From Phycisphaerales bacterium JB052 (GTDB lineage Bacteria; Planctomycetota; Phycisphaerae; Phycisphaerales; UBA1924), in NCBI GenBank assembly GCA_043100965.1, contig JBICHR010000001.1:159278-223277 (forward strand): a DNA stretch of 64,000 nucleotides. The letters are read 5' to 3'. Below the pieces are notes generated by a model, which did not search any database, had not been told where the DNA came from, and saw nothing but the letters and a program-made list of their open reading frames with translations. Positions 38,205-47,429 of the stretch are shown here, in pieces (positions within the stretch are counted from its first letter, which is position 1; each line of letters opens with the position of its first letter). The translations under genes were made by a program, and so were the position numbers.

Positions 38205-39083
38205 TCAGGGAGCGGTCGTAGCCTGTGGGCCGATATGGGCATGTGAGTGCTCGATCCACGAGTGCCCCACGGGGACTCCGATCAACGCGCCGGCAATCCA
38301 AGCCGTCGGCGACACGATCAGGTACCCGGGCAGCGATCCTTTATACACCAGTTCGGCGAGCGATTCTGCGCCCGGCGTGATGATCCCCACCAACGGTACG
38401 AGCACGCCGCAGAGCATCACACCCAGCATCACGGGGGCGAAGGGTGTGCCCGAGTGCCCGCCTTTTTCTTCGCTCATCGATCCCGCGATCATTGCACCGA
38501 CGACGCCGGCCATGATCCCTGCGAGGAAGCCCACACCAATCGATTGACCGGGCAGATCCGATCGACCGAAGAGCCAGGCGACGGCTCCGGACGCCGCCAG
38601 CGCACCGACCATGGCCCCCAGCATCGCCTTGTTCTGCAGCCAACCACGCAGTCGATCGGGCTTGAAACTGGAGATCGGATCTGATTCGTCGTTTCGACTC
38701 AACAGGGCCCCAACCACCAGCACGATCAGCAGCAGGACGAGGGCCTCCACGGCGAGCATGATCAGGGTGCTTGAATCGGGAGACAACTGGTAGACACGCC
38801 CAAGCCGACCCGAGGTCCATGCGACCCAGCCCAGCACGAAGCCCATGCCCAGCAGCGATTCGCGTCGTCCGCCCAGCGCTGCACCCAGAAACCCCATCAA
38901 TGCAACCAGCAGCCCGACGCTCAGGAGCGCCATGATCCCCGCCCCCAGCGACGCCCCGCTCAGGAGCGTGTGCTGTTTTGAGCCGTCCGGCGCGACCACC
39001 CGCCCAGCGAGTTCCGCGGCGATCGGCCCGATCACGCCCAGCGCAACTGCGCGGCTGATCCACTGTCGTATGGCATGCATCAT
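38205..39083 (-). CDS. Hypothetical polytopic membrane protein
   Basis: Gly/Ala/Leu-rich with at least 7 hydrophobic segments. Start placed at ATG 39083 (MMHAIRQW...); the track ORF extends to 39122. Confidence 0.5.
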   Translation of the reverse strand: MMHAIRQWISRAVALGVIGPIAAELAGRVVAPDGSKQHTLLSGASLGAGIMALLSVGLLVALMGFLGAALGGRRESLLGMGFVLGWVAWTSGRLGRVYQLSPDSSTLIMLAVEALVLLLIVLVVGALLSRNDESDPISSFKPDRLRGWLQNKAMLGAMVGALAASGAVAWLFGRSDLPGQSIGVGFLAGIMAGVVGAMIAGSMSEEKGGHSGTPFAPVMLGVMLCGVLVPLVGIITPGAESLAELVYKGSLPGYLIVSPTAWIAGALIGVPVGHSWIEHSHAHIGPQATTAP

Positions 39084-39141
39084 GACCGTATCATCGACAC
39101 AACACCGCGCCGGGGCAAGCAAACTCGTGTACCATCAGCCC

Positions 39142-40287
39142 ATGAGCCCCTCTCACAGCCAGAAAAAGTCCGATGAGCATCATTCTCAGCCATCCCTGCG
39201 TGAGCCCAGGTTCATGCTGAGCGACCTCTTCGATGAACTCATCTGGCCCCGGGTCCTGCGGGCGCCCGCCCTGGCGCTCTCGCCAAACCGCATGCTGAGC
39301 GGCTGTGTTGCAGTCTTCCTCGTCTCACTCGTCCTGCGACTCTACGACCTGCTCCGAGGTGCGCCCAACGACGACTCCCTCAATACCAGCAGGGCGATCT
39401 CCATATCGCTGGGCCAAATCGGGGATCAGACGCTCGATGGCATCACCTCACTCAACCCCGTCGCCTTCAGTTCCGCCGCGACAAGCACCGCGACCCTCGT
39501 GCGCGACAGCGTCATGCACAACCCCCTGCTCTCGATCCTGCTGGGGATCCCCATGGTCGCCATCATCGCACTGGCCGGCGGTGCCATCGCTCGCTCGGCC
39601 GCGTTTGAGTTTGCCCAAGGTCGATTTGCATCGCGTGAAGAGACCCTCTACTTCACCCTGCAACGCGCTCGCCAGTTCGTGACCGCGGTTCTGGGCCCGG
39701 TCGCGTTCTCGATCCTCGTGCTGATGCTCATCGCACTGGGCGGGCTGCTCCTGAGCGTCCCCATCGTCGATATCCTTGGGGCCGTGCTTTACGGCATCGG
39801 GTTGGCGATGGGCATCATCGCGACCGTGGTCCTCATGCTGCATGTGATCGCGATCCCCATGATCATCCCCGCTCTGGCGATCGAAGGCACCGACGCTTTC
39901 GACGCGATCCAGCGCAGCTACGCCTATGTCGTGGGACGACCGCTGCGATACCTCACTTATATCGTGCTCCTCACCCTGCTGGGAGTGCTTGCTGTCACCA
40001 TCTTCGCCCTCGTGGCCCGCCAGAGCGTCGAGTGGACCAACTGGGCCGCGACCTTCCTGGCCAACGACGCGACAGACCGGGCCCTGACCGGCAGCGGCGA
40101 ACTCGGTGCGACAAAGAAACTCGCCCACAGCACGATCGCGTTCTGGCGAAGCATCATCGACATCATCGTCGCCGGGTACATCGTCTCGATTTTCTTTACC
40201 AGCGCCTCACTGCTCTACCTCTCGGTGCGTCGCATCTGCGACGGGCAGGGCGTCAGCGAGATCTGGGAACCGGTCGCGCACGATTAA
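39142..40287 (+). CDS. Hypothetical polytopic membrane protein
   Basis: 381 aa from ATG 39142 (MSPSHSQKKSDEHH...) with several long hydrophobic helices. The track ORF start at 38845 overlaps the divergent gene. Confidence 0.5.
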   Translation: MSPSHSQKKSDEHHSQPSLREPRFMLSDLFDELIWPRVLRAPALALSPNRMLSGCVAVFLVSLVLRLYDLLRGAPNDDSLNTSRAISISLGQIGDQTLDGITSLNPVAFSSAATSTATLVRDSVMHNPLLSILLGIPMVAIIALAGGAIARSAAFEFAQGRFASREETLYFTLQRARQFVTAVLGPVAFSILVLMLIALGGLLLSVPIVDILGAVLYGIGLAMGIIATVVLMLHVIAIPMIIPALAIEGTDAFDAIQRSYAYVVGRPLRYLTYIVLLTLLGVLAVTIFALVARQSVEWTNWAATFLANDATDRALTGSGELGATKKLAHSTIAFWRSIIDIIVAGYIVSIFFTSASLLYLSVRRICDGQGVSEIWEPVAHD

Positions 40288-40293
40288 TGCGGC

Positions 40294-41025
40294 TCAGGTC
40301 GCCCGGAACCGCTCGGGATCAAGCGTCTGCGACCACGGGTCCATCGGGTCGGGCAACTGATCGAGCGTCACCGCCTCGTCAATCGTGAACCGCCCGACGC
40401 GTGTTCTTCGCAGGGCGGTCAGCACCCCACCAACGCCAATCTCCGCACCGATATCGCGCCCCAGCGACCTGATATAGGTCCCCTTGCCGCATGTGATTTC
40501 GAGCGTGAGCATGGGCCATTGGTAGGAAAGTATCTCAATGGCGTCGATCTGCACGGGGCGTGCCTTTAACTCAACCGTCTCTCCACGGCGAGCCATCGCG
40601 TACGCACGCTGGCCGTCAACCTTGATCGCCGAATACATGGGCGGCGTCTGCATGACCTCGCCCGTCCATCGATCGCAGGCCATGCGTACTTCTTCGAGCG
40701 TGGGCTCACGCTCGACCTCAACCCCGGTCATTTCACCCTCAAGATCATCGGTGCTTGAAAGGCGCGAGAGATCGATGGTGGTCTCGTATTGCTTTACGCC
40801 CACCATAACCTGATCGCATCGCTTGGTCGCCTTACCCATGAGGACAACCAGCACACCGGTCGCGAGTGGATCGAGCGTTCCGCCGTGGCCAACCTTGACA
40901 CGCTTTGGAGCCCCACCCGCTTTGAGCTTGCCTCTGATCTTGGCGCACACCTGCATCGAGGACATCCCCAGTGGCTTATCGACCACGATCACGCCCTCGA
41001 TCGGTTGTTGTGGCTGCTCGGTCAT
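40294..41025 (-). CDS. truB: tRNA pseudouridine(55) synthase
   Basis: VVDKPLGMSSMQV, catalytic GHGGTLDPLATGVLVVLMG, GTYIRSLGRDIG. Confidence 0.9.
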   Translation of the reverse strand: MTEQPQQPIEGVIVVDKPLGMSSMQVCAKIRGKLKAGGAPKRVKVGHGGTLDPLATGVLVVLMGKATKRCDQVMVGVKQYETTIDLSRLSSTDDLEGEMTGVEVEREPTLEEVRMACDRWTGEVMQTPPMYSAIKVDGQRAYAMARRGETVELKARPVQIDAIEILSYQWPMLTLEITCGKGTYIRSLGRDIGAEIGVGGVLTALRRTRVGRFTIDEAVTLDQLPDPMDPWSQTLDPERFRAT

Positions 41026-41054
41026 CCCACCACTCTAGCCCTTTTCCACTATAC

Positions 41055-41086
41055 AAAAAACCGCACCGCCCGAAACACTCGGGCGG
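41055..41086 (-). terminator. Candidate rho-independent terminator about 170 nt downstream of the AhpD-like gene
   Basis: On the - strand, ccgcccga-gtgtt-tcgggcgg, then tgcggTTTTTT. Confidence 0.5.
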
Positions 41087-41259
41087 CGCGGCGCAGGAAA
41101 TGGGGTGATCCTGTTGACTTGCTCTGTAGTGAACAAGCCGGTATTCGGTTGGCCGGGCTCCGGACCCGGGGCCCGGCCACGATGCCTCGGAGAGGGAATA
41201 CGAGGCATCGCTTTGCTGTCAGACCCAGTCAGGTTGTTGCCTGGGCCCGTGTTCGCTCG

Positions 41260-41808
41260 TCAAACCGCTGCCGATGCAACGAGTTCGACTTCTGGGAAAT
41301 CATTTTCTGTCTCGATCACGTGGTTCATGTAGTTCGTGAATAGGTTGAAAGTTGTGATCGCGACGACTTCCAGGATTTCTTCTTCATTCAACTGCGTGCG
41401 TGCCGACTCGAGTGCCTCGTCGCCAACGAAACCGCGATTCTCGACGATGGCCTTGGCCAAGTCGATCGCCGACTGGGTCTTGGGATCACCCGATCGCCCG
41501 TTTCGGTTCAACTCACGCTCCTCCTCGCTGACGCCGACCATCTTGCCGATGGCGTTGTGTGCCGAGGCGCAGTAGCCACACTTGGAGAAGTTCGCGATGG
41601 CGATGGCCAGTGATTCGCCAAACTTGTCCCCAAGGGTCCCCGTCGCGAGGGCTTCCTTTTGTTTGACATAGCTGTTGAGTGCCGCGGGCGATTTCCCCAG
41701 CGTCCCAAGCAGGTTGGGAACCATCCCGAGCTGCTGTTTCATCTGCTCAAGCGTCGACTTGGTCGATTCTGGGGCGTTTTCGATGCTGGTTGGTTCAATG
41801 CGAGGCAT
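41260..41808 (-). CDS. Carboxymuconolactone decarboxylase/AhpD-like peroxidase family protein
   Basis: 182 aa. FSKCGYCASAH contains the CxxC of the AhpD/CMD family. Confidence 0.75.
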   Translation of the reverse strand: MPRIEPTSIENAPESTKSTLEQMKQQLGMVPNLLGTLGKSPAALNSYVKQKEALATGTLGDKFGESLAIAIANFSKCGYCASAHNAIGKMVGVSEEERELNRNGRSGDPKTQSAIDLAKAIVENRGFVGDEALESARTQLNEEEILEVVAITTFNLFTNYMNHVIETENDFPEVELVASAAV

Positions 41809-41893
41809 GCTTCAGTACTCCATCAAGGTCTTTTGGGGATTTCCGTGTCATTCACTTGCGGAATCAACCGCCACACAGTAGAATAGACCAACC

Positions 41894-41932
41894 TGTCTGT
41901 TTATTTCCACTGTTTTCACAAAATGACAGACA
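41894..41932. promoter_or_regulatory. Candidate TetR operator (imperfect inverted repeat) in the divergent AhpD-like/TetR intergenic region
   Basis: tgtctgtttattt-N13-aaaatgacagaca. The tgtctgt/acagaca cores are perfect and the arms match 10 of 13. The region is locally AT-rich. Confidence 0.4.
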
Positions 41933-41953
41933 AATCCCGCTTCCGATAAGGTA

Positions 41954-42577
41954 TTGCCCATGCCCTCTCCCAAAAAAGCCAAACTCCTCGCCTGCGCCCG
42001 ACATCTCTTTGAAACCGAAGGGTTCCACACCACGGGCATCGATCGCATCCTCGACGAAGCCGGGGTCGCCAAGATGACCCTCTACAACAACTTTGGCTCC
42101 AAGGACATGCTCATCGTCGCGGTCCTCAACGATGCCAGCAGCGACATGATCCGCCAACTTCAGCAGGCGATCGAACACATCAATGACCCCTATGAGCAGA
42201 TACTGGGTGTCTTTGATGCCTTGGCAGACTGGCACAGCTCCGATCAGTTCTGTGGCTGCATGTTCCAAGCCGCGGTCGCGGAGTTTCCTGACCCGGAATC
42301 TGCGCCAGCAATCGCCGCACGCGAGCATCTGCTGCGACTCAATGCGCTCTTCCAGGAGATGTGCCAGCGCGCTGAGCTCAACAGCCCCGAGGTACTCGGG
42401 AGCATGCTCTCGATGCTGGCCAGCGGGGCCAACTGTACCGCACGCCAGATCCGGACCCGCGTCCCAGCAGACCAAGCCCGCCAGATCGCAGAGATCCTGC
42501 TGGAGCGGGCCTGCGCTCGTCCGGGCCAGTCGGCCCATCCGATCGCGCCACCTTCCCGCACCGCGCCGGTTTTTTGA
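41954..42577 (+). CDS. TetR/AcrR family transcriptional regulator
   Basis: N-terminal HTH LLACARHLFETEGFHTTGIDRILDEAGVAKMTLYNNFGSKDMLI. Confidence 0.9.
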   Translation: MPMPSPKKAKLLACARHLFETEGFHTTGIDRILDEAGVAKMTLYNNFGSKDMLIVAVLNDASSDMIRQLQQAIEHINDPYEQILGVFDALADWHSSDQFCGCMFQAAVAEFPDPESAPAIAAREHLLRLNALFQEMCQRAELNSPEVLGSMLSMLASGANCTARQIRTRVPADQARQIAEILLERACARPGQSAHPIAPPSRTAPVF

Positions 42578-42683
42578 TGTTCACACTCCGGCAACCGGAA
42601 TAGACTGGACGGTCTAGGAGTTTGCCTGCTTGAACGCGACTATGCTCAACACAAGAACCACCCAAGTCCATAGGAGGCACCCC

Positions 42684-43001
42684 GTGGCCACACAGACCGT
42701 CATCGAAATCACCGATCAGAACTTCGACACCCTGATCAACAGCAGCAGCCCCACGCTCGTCGACTTCTGGGCACCTTGGTGTGGCCCATGCCGTGCGTTG
42801 GGACCAACGATCGAAAAGCTCGCAGATGATTATGAGGGCAAGGCACAGGTCGGCAAGCTCAACATCGACGAGCACCCGCAGCTGGCCGCCAAGTTCGGGG
42901 TTGCATCGATCCCGACCGTGATCGTCTTCAAAGACGGCCAGGCGACCAAGCAGTTCGTCGGCTTGCGTCAGTACGACGAATACGCCGAAACGCTCGGCTG
43001 A
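42684..43001 (+). CDS. trxA: Thioredoxin
   Basis: VDFWAPWCGPCRALGP active site. GTG 42684 preceded by AGGAGG (42672-42677) gives a 105-aa protein. The track ORF starts at 42630. Confidence 0.9.
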   Translation: MATQTVIEITDQNFDTLINSSSPTLVDFWAPWCGPCRALGPTIEKLADDYEGKAQVGKLNIDEHPQLAAKFGVASIPTVIVFKDGQATKQFVGLRQYDEYAETLG

Positions 43002-43029
43002 GCCCCGACATCACCATGAACGACACATC

Positions 43030-43050
43030 ACCCGCGCAAGCGGGTTTTTT
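43030..43050 (+). terminator. Rho-independent terminator after trxA
   Basis: acccgc-gcaa-gcgggt followed by TTTTTT. Confidence 0.7.
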
Positions 43051-43083
43051 CGTGCGCTTCATTCGATACAATCGCTCCCTGCG

Positions 43084-45819
43084 ATGAGTACCAAAGCCGC
43101 CAAATCGAGCAAGAAAGCACCCAAGGACCCCTGGGACACGCCGGGCATGCGCCAGTGGCGCAAGATCAAAGAACAGCACCCCAACTGCGTGCTCTTCTTC
43201 CGCATGGGCGATTTCTACGAACTCTTCGGCGAGGACGCAGAGAACCTCTCGCGTGATCTGGGGCTCACCCTGACCACGCGGGGCAACGCGATCCCCATGG
43301 CTGGAGTCCCCCACCACCAGAAATCGAACTACATCGCCCGCGCCATCGAGATGGGCTACCGCGTCGCGGTCGTCGATCAGCTCCAAGACCCCAAGGAAGC
43401 CAAGGGTGTCGTCGACCGCGGAGTCACCCAGGTTGTTACGCCCGGCACGCTGGTCGATGAATCGCTGCTGCGTGACGAACAGACCGTCACGCTCGGTTCA
43501 ATCGTGATCCATGATGATTCACACGCGGGGATCGCGATCGCGGAGCTCTCGACCGGGGCGTTCACGCTGTTCGATGGCGATCTGGCTCAGTGCGGCGACG
43601 AGCTAGCCCGCGCCGGGGTGCGCGAGCTGATCTTCGCCGCCCCGATCAGCGGCGACCCACCCAAACGGGTGACCGAACTGGCACAGACCATCAACGCATC
43701 GCCGACCCCCCGCCCGGGGTGGCAGTTCGGGCAAAGCGAAGCGATCGAGGCGCTTGAGCAGCAGTACCGCATCGGGACACTCGAGGGGCTGGGGCTCGAC
43801 GACTCATCCCCGAGCGTGCATGCCGCGGGGGGAATCATTCGGTATCTGAGCGAGACGCAGGCGATCGACAACTCCCAGAACACGCGTGGCCCGGACCAGC
43901 AGCAGGCCACGCTTGCCCACCTGCGTCCGCCCACGCTGCTTCGGCGTGAGTCGCACTGCCTGATCGACCGGGTCTCGCTGAGATCGCTGGAGATCGAGCA
44001 GACGATCCGGGAGCAGTCGCTGGTTGGCTCGCTGGCGGGCGTGTTCCTTGCCAGTCCTGTGGGCACCAAGTGCGTGCTGCACACGCCGATGGGCAAGCGT
44101 CTGGTGCGACAGTGGCTCTCGTCGCCGCTGATCGAGGCTGATGCCATCAACGCGCGTCTGGATGCCGTCGAATCACTCTCGATGAGCAGCACCCTGCGCG
44201 AAGAGCTGGGCGAGGTCCTGGGCGATATCTGCGACCTGGCCCGCATCAGTGGTCGAATTGCGCTGGGGCGGGCCACGCCCCGAGACTTGGTGGCCCTGGG
44301 CGGTGCGAGCGTGCAGATCGATGCGTTGATGCAGGCGGTGGCTCGCTGTGATGCGTTGCGGGTGCAGCATGAAGCGCTGGCCCAGATCAAGGACGGCGTG
44401 CTCCCGCTGGGCGAGGAAATCACCCGGTGCTGTCAGGAGGATGCACCGGCCCACCTGCGTGAGGGCGGGCTGATCAACGACGGCGTCGACCCGCAGCTCG
44501 ACGAGGCACGCTCGCTGCAACGCGATGCGGGCAAATGGCTCAGCGATTACCAGCAGCGTCTGATGGGTGAGCATGACCTGCCCTCGCTCAAGGTCGGATA
44601 CAACAAAGTCTTCGGCTTCTACATCGAGCTGCCCGCGGCTCAGGCCAAGCGGGCGCCCGATGTCTTCACCCGCAAGCAGACGCTCAAGAATGCCGAGCGG
44701 TACATCACGCCCGAGCTCAAGGAATACGAAGAGAAGGTGCTGACCGCGGGGGACCGAGCCAATGAGCGAGAGCGGATCATCTTCGACCAGCTCTGCGAAC
44801 GCGCCCGTCAGCATCTGGACGCGCTGGCCGAGTTCAGCGATATCGTGGCCACGATCGACTGCCTGCTGGGCTTTGCCACCAAGGCCTCGGCCCGCGGCTG
44901 GGTTCGCCCCAAGATTGTCCAAGAGCCCACGCTGGAGATTGTGCAGGGGCGTCACCCCGTGCTCGACGAGACGCTCGGGCACAGCTTTGTCCCCAACGAC
45001 TGCACGCTCGCCCAGGAACACGCGCCGGCGACGCTGGCGCTGATCACCGGGCCGAACATGGCCGGTAAGAGTACCTACATCAGGCAGAATGCGCTGCTGG
45101 TGGTGCTGGCGCAGGCGGGGAGCTTTGTCCCGGCCGCGGGCGCGACGGTTGGGATCGCCAGTCGCATCTTCACCCGCGTCGGGGCCGACGATGCACTGCA
45201 CCGGGGTCAGTCGACCTTTATGGTTGAGATGATCGAAACGGCCAACATCCTCAATCATGCCGACGAGCGCTCGCTGGTGATTCTCGACGAGATCGGGCGG
45301 GGCACCTCGACGCTCGACGGGCTCTCGCTGGCGTGGGCGATCAGCGAGTGGCTGGCGGAGCACCAACCCCGCACGCTCTTTGCCACGCACTATCACGAGA
45401 TCACCGAGCTGGAAACGCGACTCGAGGATCAGGTCAAGAACCTGCATGTGGCCGTGCGCGAGTGGACGACCGAGGACGGGCAGCAGGAGATCGCCTTCCT
45501 GCACAGCATCCGATCGGGGCGTGCCGATCAGTCCTATGGCATTCATGTGGCCCAGCTTGCGGGCGTGCCCAAGACAGTCACGCAGCGGGCCAAGGCGGTG
45601 CTTGAGTCGCTGAGCGTCGAGCACGCCGGGCGGGTGGATACCAAGCAGGTGCAGGCTGCCAACACCGCCTCGGCGAGCTCACAGATGAGTCTGTTCACCG
45701 AGTTCGTGCAGCACCCGGTGGTCGACTCTCTGCGCGAGATGAAACTCGATGAGATGACGCCAATGCAGGCGTTTGATGCACTGCGTGCGATGCAGTCGAC
45801 GCTCAAGGATCCGAGCTGA
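43084..45819 (+). CDS. mutS: DNA mismatch repair protein MutS
   Basis: 911 aa. N-terminal TPGMRQWRKIKEQHP..LFFRMGDFYELF, Walker A ITGPNMAGKST, DEIGRGTSTLDG, THYHEI. Confidence 0.95.
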   Translation: MSTKAAKSSKKAPKDPWDTPGMRQWRKIKEQHPNCVLFFRMGDFYELFGEDAENLSRDLGLTLTTRGNAIPMAGVPHHQKSNYIARAIEMGYRVAVVDQLQDPKEAKGVVDRGVTQVVTPGTLVDESLLRDEQTVTLGSIVIHDDSHAGIAIAELSTGAFTLFDGDLAQCGDELARAGVRELIFAAPISGDPPKRVTELAQTINASPTPRPGWQFGQSEAIEALEQQYRIGTLEGLGLDDSSPSVHAAGGIIRYLSETQAIDNSQNTRGPDQQQATLAHLRPPTLLRRESHCLIDRVSLRSLEIEQTIREQSLVGSLAGVFLASPVGTKCVLHTPMGKRLVRQWLSSPLIEADAINARLDAVESLSMSSTLREELGEVLGDICDLARISGRIALGRATPRDLVALGGASVQIDALMQAVARCDALRVQHEALAQIKDGVLPLGEEITRCCQEDAPAHLREGGLINDGVDPQLDEARSLQRDAGKWLSDYQQRLMGEHDLPSLKVGYNKVFGFYIELPAAQAKRAPDVFTRKQTLKNAERYITPELKEYEEKVLTAGDRANERERIIFDQLCERARQHLDALAEFSDIVATIDCLLGFATKASARGWVRPKIVQEPTLEIVQGRHPVLDETLGHSFVPNDCTLAQEHAPATLALITGPNMAGKSTYIRQNALLVVLAQAGSFVPAAGATVGIASRIFTRVGADDALHRGQSTFMVEMIETANILNHADERSLVILDEIGRGTSTLDGLSLAWAISEWLAEHQPRTLFATHYHEITELETRLEDQVKNLHVAVREWTTEDGQQEIAFLHSIRSGRADQSYGIHVAQLAGVPKTVTQRAKAVLESLSVEHAGRVDTKQVQAANTASASSQMSLFTEFVQHPVVDSLREMKLDEMTPMQAFDALRAMQSTLKDPS

Positions 45820-46351
45820 GATCATCGATACTGGCCCCGCGGGCTCTCCACGCAGCACCGCACTTGTTGCAGACGCAACAACCGTCGGGGTACTCGGGGC
45901 CGTGCATCGAAGCCCAGCACGAGGCGCAGTGAAATGGGAGCGATTTGATCCGCTCTCGCGCGTCCTTGTAGACCGGCTGTTTGGGTTTAGCGATGGCCAT
46001 CGCGATGATGAGGGGTACGACGACGATCGCGATTATGGTCAATAGGAGTTTCAGCAGGAACAACTCACCCTCAAGCACGACGAAGGACCAGTAGATCAGG
46101 CCTCCGATCAATGCCAGCCCGAGGATGATCGCCCAGGCCCATTTTCGTTTCTCACCCTTGGCGGCTGCGCGGGGCGCTTTGGCGACGGTGGCGATCGAGC
46201 GACGCATCAGCACCGCCTGTTTGGTGCGTTGATATTTCTCATCCTTGGGAGCCGCGGAGACATACATCTCAACCCCCATGATCTTCTTGCTTCGAGCCGG
46301 ATCGAGTCGTGCTTGAACGATCAGGTTCCGGTCGTCATAGATATAGCTCAT
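45803..46351 (-). CDS. Zinc-ribbon membrane protein, tandem paralog 4 of 4 (most divergent)
   Basis: 182 aa. YDDRNLIVQARLDPAR, two hydrophobic helices (WAWAIILGLALIGGLIYWSFVVL, LLLTIIAIVVVPLIIAMAIA), and C-terminal HCASCWASMHGPEYPDGCCVCNKCGAAWRARG. The 3' end overlaps the mutS 3' end by 17 nt (convergent). Confidence 0.6.
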   Translation of the reverse strand: MSYIYDDRNLIVQARLDPARSKKIMGVEMYVSAAPKDEKYQRTKQAVLMRRSIATVAKAPRAAAKGEKRKWAWAIILGLALIGGLIYWSFVVLEGELFLLKLLLTIIAIVVVPLIIAMAIAKPKQPVYKDARERIKSLPFHCASCWASMHGPEYPDGCCVCNKCGAAWRARGASIDDLSSDP

Positions 46352-46396
46352 TTGCCCCCCGGTTCACCGCGAGGGTAATCAATTGCGAAACCGGAG

Positions 46397-46960
46397 TCAA
46401 GGCGACGATTCAGGCTCGGTGATTGTTCCCGGATGCACCCGCCACGCACCCCCACATTCGGGGCAGATGGTGCAGCCGTCGGTTTCGACCGTGCTGCCCA
46501 ATGGGTACCAGCATGCGGCACAGTGAGGCGGGTTGGCATCGAGCACGGCGCACAGTTCGTCGTACTTGGAATCGCTGCGTCTCCAGTTCCACCATTGCCC
46601 TGCGATGCAGATCAAGACCAGCACGATGTAGGTGATCCCGATCGCGGGCCAGTTCCATGGCCCGAAGAAGTCCTTGAGCATGGTGCCGTAGATCATCGCT
46701 GTGAATGCCATGCTATAGACAACCCACATGACCCAAACCCACATCGCGCCCGCACGGGTGTCTGGCCGCATGTCAAGCCCCTGAAGCTCGCGCATCGCCA
46801 GCACGAACACCACGCGGGGGTGCTTGCTGAATCGCCGATGCGAGGGGCCCATCTGCAGGCGGAAGCTGCCCCGCCCCTTCCAGACCCCCTCGGGATCCAG
46901 GCGAAGTGGAAGCGACTGCCCGCGGCAATCCCATACGACAGTTTCACGGTGACTCAGCAT
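46397..46960 (-). CDS. Zinc-ribbon membrane protein, tandem paralog 3 of 4
   Basis: ATG 46960 lies one nt after the upstream stop (46962-46964). WDCRGQSLPLRLDPEGVWK, two hydrophobic helices, PPHCAACWYPLGSTVETDGCTICPECGGAWRVHPG. The track ORF extension to 47041 is an alternate-frame read of the upstream gene. Confidence 0.65.
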   Translation of the reverse strand: MLSHRETVVWDCRGQSLPLRLDPEGVWKGRGSFRLQMGPSHRRFSKHPRVVFVLAMRELQGLDMRPDTRAGAMWVWVMWVVYSMAFTAMIYGTMLKDFFGPWNWPAIGITYIVLVLICIAGQWWNWRRSDSKYDELCAVLDANPPHCAACWYPLGSTVETDGCTICPECGGAWRVHPGTITEPESSP

Positions 46961-46961
46961 G

Positions 46962-47429
46962 TCATTCGAGTCTCCAAGCGGCGCCGCATTCGGGGCAGAC
47001 GGTGCAACCATCGGGATCCATAACCAGTCCATCGAGGGCATACCTGCAGACCATGCATGTCTGATCGGTTCGACGGATTAACTCCAGTTCCTTGCCAAGT
47101 CGGTTGATCTCTCGGCGTAGGGTCTTTGGTCGAGTAATGCCGGCCAAAAATAGCATTACACCAAACACACCCACCACGAATGGAACAAGTAAGTATCCAA
47201 ACGACCATGATGAGCGGAGCCCCTGCACGAGCCCGTACCATCCAAAGAGGAACGGCACCGAGAGCAGCAGCATCCCGATCGTTTCGGTGAAGACGACATT
47301 CTTCATGGTCTTCTTCTCGAGCTGCCGCATGATCTCGTGCCTGCGATCTGCGCGGTTGATCAGTTCGGCGGGCAGCGCCGTCAATCGTGAGACTTCGTGT
47401 GTGCATCCGCGATCGTCTGTGATTTTCAT
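46962..47429 (-). CDS. Zinc-ribbon membrane protein, tandem paralog 2 of 4
   Basis: ATG 47429-47427 overlaps the upstream TGA 47428-47426 (ATGA coupling). MKITDDRGCTHEV, two hydrophobic helices, CMVCRYALDGLVMDPDGCTVCPECGAAWRLE. Confidence 0.65.
   Translation of the reverse strand: MKITDDRGCTHEVSRLTALPAELINRADRRHEIMRQLEKKTMKNVVFTETIGMLLLSVPFLFGWYGLVQGLRSSWSFGYLLVPFVVGVFGVMLFLAGITRPKTLRREINRLGKELELIRRTDQTCMVCRYALDGLVMDPDGCTVCPECGAAWRLE

Noticed and set aside
44173-45624. 483-aa ORF on the - strand
   Set aside because: It is antisense to mutS, whose Walker A and other motifs are unambiguous. The translation has antisense-type composition.
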